Part shown: one piece after another, positions 26,891 through 32,000 of the stretch
Layout of the letters: each line of letters starts with the position of its first letter
Position numbering within the stretch: the stretch's first letter is position 1
Origin: Candidatus Arthromitus sp. SFB-rat-Yit
Lineage (GTDB): Bacteria; Bacillota; Clostridia; Clostridiales; Clostridiaceae
Direction of reading: 5' to 3'
Length of the DNA: 32,000 nucleotides
NCBI RefSeq assembly: GCF_000283555.1
Contig: NC_016012.1
Location: forward strand, 960,001-992,000
Program-made: the position numbers and the translations under genes
The notes under the pieces: generated by a model
The model's input: the letters and a program-made list of their open reading frames with translations, nothing else
Told to the model about the DNA's origin: nothing
Databases searched by the model: none

Positions 26891-29722
26891 TGGCTTAACA
26901 ATTTCTTCACTTGTTGTAAATGGACTCAACTCATACTTACTTGTTAATTTATTTTCTAACGTAAATGTTGCAACAAGTTCACTATATTCTTTATTTGGTT
27001 CAAGATTATAAAGTGTTATGGTATTGGTATCTTTGTCCCAAGAACTTCTTATAACATTAGAATTTTTATCTCTAACTTCTACTGATTTAATACCTGATTT
27101 TAAATTTTCATAATAATCAAGTTTTATACTTACTTCATTTCCTTTTACACTTGCAATATCAGACTTAACATCTACTTCTGGAACAGATGGCGTCATAACT
27201 TTCAAATATCTTGTTAACACTTTATCATTGCCACTTGCATCTTTATAATTAAATTCTAGAGTTATCGTTGTAGTAGAATTAGGTTTTAATCCTGTTATAT
27301 CTAAATATGAATCTTTAAATTCAACCTTTGCATCTGCATTATTTGCTACAGGTTTAAAAGTCATTCCTGATATCCTTCCATGAATATCATCAACAAAAAT
27401 TGGAACTCTTGCTTTTCTTGCATAATCACTCTTAAACTCATCGTTTATTACCACATTGATATCATTCAAGCCTGTTAAAGCTTCCTTCTCTGTCCTGTTA
27501 TCCATTTTTGTATTATTAGGATCAGACTTATAAATATTTCCTATTGATTGTCTTGTTGATTTTTCTGTACCTGTTTCATCTTTATAGCTAAGTTCAAAAA
27601 TAACATGACCATAATCAGTGTTAGGTGTAAGATTTGTTAAAGTTACTATATAATAATTAGTTTTTGTTTTGCTATCCTCAATCTTTTTAACTTCAGATTT
27701 TTCAGTTGAAGTTAAAGAAAGAATTTGCAAATCTCCAATATTTCCTTCACTGTTATCAACCTTAACTATATATCTAAGTGCTGTAGAATCATTTTTAACT
27801 GGTTTTACTTTTAACCCATTAGGTAAAGTAACATCGTCATTTACATTACCAGAACCTAATTCTATTTTTGGTTCAGAAACCTTAGTTGTCCTAACTGTCA
27901 ATTGGTTAGCCGTAATATTATTACTTGAATCTACGTTAGCTAAATCGATAGTAACTGTTTCATCTTGCACTCCAATATTTGAAGTTACAAGAAGTTTCGT
28001 GAATGTGTATGACGTATCTCTCTCAAGGCTATTTACTTGAATATAATATCCCTTATCTTTATTTGATGGGTCAACAGGCACCAAACTACATGCATACTTT
28101 GTTCCTCTAGCATCTTGCATTTCAACTTTTGTAATTGTGCTATCTGGATCATCGAAAACTATATTTTTATATTTAATAAATGTTCCACCAGTTACTATTC
28201 CATCTTTAATATTTTGGTAATCTGTCATATCCAAATAAATTCCTGGTTTAATCATTGTTGTTATATATTTTTGTTTTTCAGTTCCTTTATTATTGCTTGC
28301 TGTAGTTTCATATATAAGAGTATTACTACTATCATTCTTAACAGTTAAAGTTGAAGGTGATTTACCTGTTCTACACTCTGGAACTGTAAAACCTGATATA
28401 AATTGATTGTCATTTGCATCAACTTTCAAACTATTTCCATCACTATTAGTTCCACCTATACCGACGAATGTATAATCGGTATTAGTTTTAAGTGTTGTAT
28501 TATCATTTGAAGCCGAACTACTTCTTATCATCATTCTTAATACAATATCTTTAGAATTAATAGTTCTTGCACTTCTCAAAGTTCTTCCTGTTGTCCTCAT
28601 ACCATTTAAATCTATAATACCTCTTACATAATCCTTGTTGCTTGTTGCATCTGGGAATATATCAGAAATAGAAACGTTTACAAGAGTTCCTTTTGGATCT
28701 CTAAACATCAATGTTTTTCCTGTATTATTATCAGAAATTACTTTTTTAAGTGCCTTTTGTAATGCTTCCCTAGCTGTTGTTACTTGTCCTGACCACCCAC
28801 TATTAGAATCTTTAATTGCTTCATCAAAAGCATTTGAAACTAATCCACTTAAATTCTCTTTATTTAATACTTCTCCTGATAATTTAAAGCTTAAATAAAT
28901 AACACCTTGAATATTCCCAGCATCACCTGTACCTACCACTTCACTTGATCCAACACTTCTTACTGGAATAATTTCTCCTATCGTTGTTTTTTCTGCAGTA
29001 GCCTGTGGAACAATACCGCTATCTTGTGTATTTTGTGGGGCAACTACATTAGCTTTATTTTGAGATTCACTAGCTGATGGTGTTACTTCTGCACTATTGA
29101 TTGCATTATTTAAACTTCCAGTATTTCCTTGAGATGAACTATTTATTTTACTATCAGTTGTATCATTTATCATTGAATCAACATCATCTTGAACAATAGC
29201 TCCACCAAATCCTGTCATAGTATTTCCATTATTAAACGAATTAACATTATCGTTTGATATTATTTCATCAGATGGAGTCATTTGATAATCTGTCATTGTT
29301 TGATCAAATAAGTTTACATCATTTGATTCTGGATTCATTTTTAAGTTATCTGTTACTTCATTATCTTGAGTTCCATAAATATCGTATGGAGCTACATCAT
29401 ATGGAGCTACATTATTATCAAAATTATTTTTTTCATCTATTATTGATGTTTCATCTATAATTTCATCACCATAATTAACATTTGGATAAGTTTCAGAACC
29501 ATAATCTTGTGAAGTGTTATTAGTATAAGGATTATTTACTCCATATCCATCTCCTGTATATTCCGTAACAGTTCTATCTGCTGCTCTTCTAAATCCACCC
29601 TCTCCTTGTGCTACATTTGCACCATTATCCGCACTTTTATTGTTATTTGATGTGCAACCTGTTAACATACTTGAGGCAACAACTAATCCAGTTAATAGAA
29701 GTGTAATCTTTTTTCTATTCAT
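26510..29722 (-). CDS. Large modular DUF4214 lipoprotein, paralog P3
   Basis: 1070 aa; TAGGAGG/GAAGG upstream; lipobox MNRKKITLLLTGLVVASSMLTGC; Asn-rich N-terminal region; Fn3-like modules; C-terminal DUF4214 repeats. Confidence 0.92.
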   Translation of the reverse strand: MNRKKITLLLTGLVVASSMLTGCTSNNNKSADNGANVAQGEGGFRRAADRTVTEYTGDGYGVNNPYTNNTSQDYGSETYPNVNYGDEIIDETSIIDEKNNFDNNVAPYDVAPYDIYGTQDNEVTDNLKMNPESNDVNLFDQTMTDYQMTPSDEIISNDNVNSFNNGNTMTGFGGAIVQDDVDSMINDTTDSKINSSSQGNTGSLNNAINSAEVTPSASESQNKANVVAPQNTQDSGIVPQATAEKTTIGEIIPVRSVGSSEVVGTGDAGNIQGVIYLSFKLSGEVLNKENLSGLVSNAFDEAIKDSNSGWSGQVTTAREALQKALKKVISDNNTGKTLMFRDPKGTLVNVSISDIFPDATSNKDYVRGIIDLNGMRTTGRTLRSARTINSKDIVLRMMIRSSSASNDNTTLKTNTDYTFVGIGGTNSDGNSLKVDANDNQFISGFTVPECRTGKSPSTLTVKNDSSNTLIYETTASNNKGTEKQKYITTMIKPGIYLDMTDYQNIKDGIVTGGTFIKYKNIVFDDPDSTITKVEMQDARGTKYACSLVPVDPSNKDKGYYIQVNSLERDTSYTFTKLLVTSNIGVQDETVTIDLANVDSSNNITANQLTVRTTKVSEPKIELGSGNVNDDVTLPNGLKVKPVKNDSTALRYIVKVDNSEGNIGDLQILSLTSTEKSEVKKIEDSKTKTNYYIVTLTNLTPNTDYGHVIFELSYKDETGTEKSTRQSIGNIYKSDPNNTKMDNRTEKEALTGLNDINVVINDEFKSDYARKARVPIFVDDIHGRISGMTFKPVANNADAKVEFKDSYLDITGLKPNSTTTITLEFNYKDASGNDKVLTRYLKVMTPSVPEVDVKSDIASVKGNEVSIKLDYYENLKSGIKSVEVRDKNSNVIRSSWDKDTNTITLYNLEPNKEYSELVATFTLENKLTSKYELSPFTTSEEIVKPTGDIANFVSRVYTIALGREPEVEGWNFWINKLTSKELSATEFIAENLMTQPEFVDRELSKSKFVTTMYSLIVNREPDGDGQNYWERKYDEYKDQVKSIAELRIKIAREMMDQPEFKELVTKLQLIY

Positions 29723-29774
29723 AACCTTCTTAAAACCTCCTAATTCATAAATAACATTTGTTAATTTATATCAA

Positions 29775-30155
29775 CTAATAATTTAATCCCAATGAAGTTA
29801 CTAAATCTTTAAATTCTTTTTCATTCATCATTTCTCTTGCAATTTTAATTCTCAAACTTGCAACTGTACTTGTTTGTTCTCTATATTCGTTATATTTTCT
29901 TTCCCAATAGCTTTGTCCATCTTCATCTGGAGTTCTGTTAACTATTAATGAATACATAGTTGTAACAAACTGTTGTTTATTTAATTCTCTTTCAATAAAC
30001 TCTGGTTGAGTCATTAGGTTTTCTGCAATAAACTCTGTAGCTGAAAGTTCTTTTGATGTTAATTTATTAATCCAGAAATTCCATCCTTCAACCTCTGGCT
30101 CACGCCCAAGAGCTATTGTATAAACTCTAGATACAAAGTTTGCAACATCTCCTGT
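29775..30155 (-). other. DUF4214 double-repeat region of P4
   Basis: VANFVSRVYTIALGREPEVEGWNFWINKLTSKELSATEFIAENLMTQPEF ... MYSLIVNRTPDEDGQSYWERKYNEY. Confidence 0.88.
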
Positions 30156-32000
30156 TGGTTTTGGAGTAACTGTTCCAGTTTTAAATGTAGTTAATGGATA
30201 TTCTACAATTTCTGTATTTTCAAGAGTAAATTTAGCTATTAATCCTTTAAATTCTGTATTAGCATCCAATCCTTGTACAAGAATTGAATTTGTAGCAGAA
30301 TCCCAATTAGAAGTATATTTTTTACCTGATGAATCTTCAACTGATACAGATTTAATAGGTGATTTTGGAGTTGAATAATAATCAAGTTTAATTGTCGCCT
30401 CATTATCTTTAATAGTAGCCGTATCTGTTTTAATATCTAAATTTCCTATAACTGGAGTTTTTATAGTTACATATTTCCTAATGCTTTGCTCTGTATTTGA
30501 ATCATTATTATAAACAAATTCAAGGGTAATAGTTGTATTTGTATTTGGAGTTAAACCTGATACGTTTACATAAGAACCATCATACTCAACTTTAACATCA
30601 GGATTTGATTCTAATGGAATATAATTCATTCTAACGAATCTTCCATTCATATCATCAATGAATAAAGGAACTCTTGTACTTCTTGCATAATCAGACTTAT
30701 GGTTTGTTTCAATATCTACTGTAAAAGTACTTTGTCCATTAACAGGGTTATTTTCTGTTACGTTATCAACTGTTGCATCATCTCTCTTGCTATTGATTTG
30801 AGCTAATGTTGTTCTAAGAACCCCATTTTTACCATCATAATCTTTATAATCTAATTCTAAGTTAACAAAGTTGTAATCTGTTGCTTTAGAAAGATTACTC
30901 AAAGTTACTACATAATAATTAATCTTAGCTTTCTTATCTACTATTTTTTGAATCTTAGACTCTTCTCCTGGTCTTAAACTTGTTACTCTTAATTCACCGA
31001 TATTATCTTCAGAATTATCAACCTTCAATACATATCTTAATGAAGTTGCATCGTTCTTAACAGCTTGTACGTTTAATCCTCCTGGAAGCGTAACCATTTG
31101 TTTAGGTCCACTTGCTCCTAATTCTAATTTTGGCTCACTAAATGTTGTTGTTTTAATCGGCTTAGTATTTTTAGTTGCAGCTCCGGTTGTTTGCTTCTCT
31201 TTTAATTGAAGAACACTAACTTGTTCTTTACCATCAGTGTTTGAAGTTATATCAATTTCAGTGAAAATATAGTTACTATCAGTTCTTAATCCTGAAATCT
31301 GTAAATACTTACCTTTTGTTTTATCGTCAGGATCAACTTGAATTAATGATCCTGTATAAGTTTTATCCTCTGAATCCTTCATTTCAATCTTTACTATACT
31401 ATCATCAGGATCAACAAATTTAATTCCTTTAAATCTTATAGTTGTACCTCTAGCCTCAACATTATCAGCACTAGTAAAATCAAAATCTCCTACATTAAGA
31501 TAATATTTTTTTGCTAACTGGCTTGTATAAAATGTTCCACTAACCTGTGTAGTAGTCGTATTACCACCAGTAGTAGTTTCTTCATATATTGCATTATTCA
31601 TTACATTTATAGTAGAAGGGGCTTTTGCTGTTGTCGCTTGAGGAATATTTAATCCCGTTAAAATTTTATCATCTTTTATTGGAAGCTCATTATTTTTAAT
31701 ATTGCTTCCTGTTAAACCAACAAATGTATAATTTGTATTTGTAGCTAATTCATCATTACCTTGTCCATCCGCACCTTGTAATCTCATAATAAGAGTAATT
31801 GGAATATCTTGTGAAGTAGCTCTTACAGATCTTTGTCCACTTCCTTTATACATACCATCAATATCAATTATTCTTCTTACGTACTGTGAATTTTGATTCT
31901 TTGGAGGACAGATATTAGCAGCAGTGTATGGTATATTAACTATTTGACCTTTGCTATCTTGGAATGTAAAATTATTACCAGCTGTCACATTAAATATTTC
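29775..32000 (-). CDS. Large modular DUF4214 protein, paralog P4 (5' part outside window)
   Basis: The frame stays open to the window edge (EIFNV-TAGNNFTFQDSKGQIVNIPYT...), so the listed start at 31988 (a GTG) is an edge artefact. Same modular order as P3, ending in DUF4214 repeats. Confidence 0.9.
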   Translation of the reverse strand, partial: EIFNVTAGNNFTFQDSKGQIVNIPYTAANICPPKNQNSQYVRRIIDIDGMYKGSGQRSVRATSQDIPITLIMRLQGADGQGNDELATNTNYTFVGLTGSNIKNNELPIKDDKILTGLNIPQATTAKAPSTINVMNNAIYEETTTGGNTTTTQVSGTFYTSQLAKKYYLNVGDFDFTSADNVEARGTTIRFKGIKFVDPDDSIVKIEMKDSEDKTYTGSLIQVDPDDKTKGKYLQISGLRTDSNYIFTEIDITSNTDGKEQVSVLQLKEKQTTGAATKNTKPIKTTTFSEPKLELGASGPKQMVTLPGGLNVQAVKNDATSLRYVLKVDNSEDNIGELRVTSLRPGEESKIQKIVDKKAKINYYVVTLSNLSKATDYNFVNLELDYKDYDGKNGVLRTTLAQINSKRDDATVDNVTENNPVNGQSTFTVDIETNHKSDYARSTRVPLFIDDMNGRFVRMNYIPLESNPDVKVEYDGSYVNVSGLTPNTNTTITLEFVYNNDSNTEQSIRKYVTIKTPVIGNLDIKTDTATIKDNEATIKLDYYSTPKSPIKSVSVEDSSGKKYTSNWDSATNSILVQGLDANTEFKGLIAKFTLENTEIVEYPLTTFKTGTVTPKPTGDVANFVSRVYTIALGREPEVEGWNFWINKLTSKELSATEFIAENLMTQPEFIERELNKQQFVTTMYSLIVNRTPDEDGQSYWERKYNEYREQTSTVASLRIKIAREMMNEKEFKDLVTSLGLNY

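Noticed and set aside
29775-31988. P4 start at 31988 as listed in the ORF track
   Set aside because: The frame remains open to position 32000 and homology to P3 requires several hundred more N-terminal residues; this is an edge truncation, not the real start.
1-32000. Mobile element, phage, toxin-antitoxin or defence island
   Set aside because: No transposase, integrase, recombinase, terminase or recognised defence gene found; gene content is metabolic, sporulation and surface-protein.

Overview
AT-rich window from a spore-forming Firmicute. The low GC, the spoIIA operon, the PTS genes and the DUF4214-bearing secreted proteins suggest Clostridia, possibly Candidatus Arthromitus/SFB-like; that is inference only. 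Left part: 3' end of a GH4 6-phospho-beta-glucosidase; a minus-strand L-ascorbate utilisation operon (ulaG-ulaC-ulaA-ulaB-[VCBS/FG-GAP-like protein]-ulaF-ulaE) with a divergent DeoR-family regulator; cutC plus a small ORF; a DUF454/YbaN membrane protein; a single-domain globin; a stand-alone RarA/MgsA C-terminal-domain protein next to a lone PTS cellobiose-type EIIC; and a membrane protein with two tandem SCP2-like domains. Middle: spoIIAA-spoIIAB-sigF, a hypothetical protein, a secreted M28 peptidase and a family-5 peptide-binding lipoprotein. Right part (about 19.2-32 kb): a same-strand array of four very large paralogous modular proteins (Fn3/Ig-like beta modules plus a C-terminal double DUF4214 region, with variable acidic or Asn-rich N-termini and different predicted localisation signals). 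The last of these is cut by the window edge. The most noteworthy items are the DUF4214 array and its apparent mosaicism, the VCBS-like gene inside a ula operon with no visible ulaD, the tandem SCP2-like membrane protein, the intergenic structured inverted repeat at 23117-23175, and an orphan promoter/hairpin region at 13391-13532. No CRISPR, tRNA, rRNA or transposase was found. All homology calls are by eye; no database search was run.
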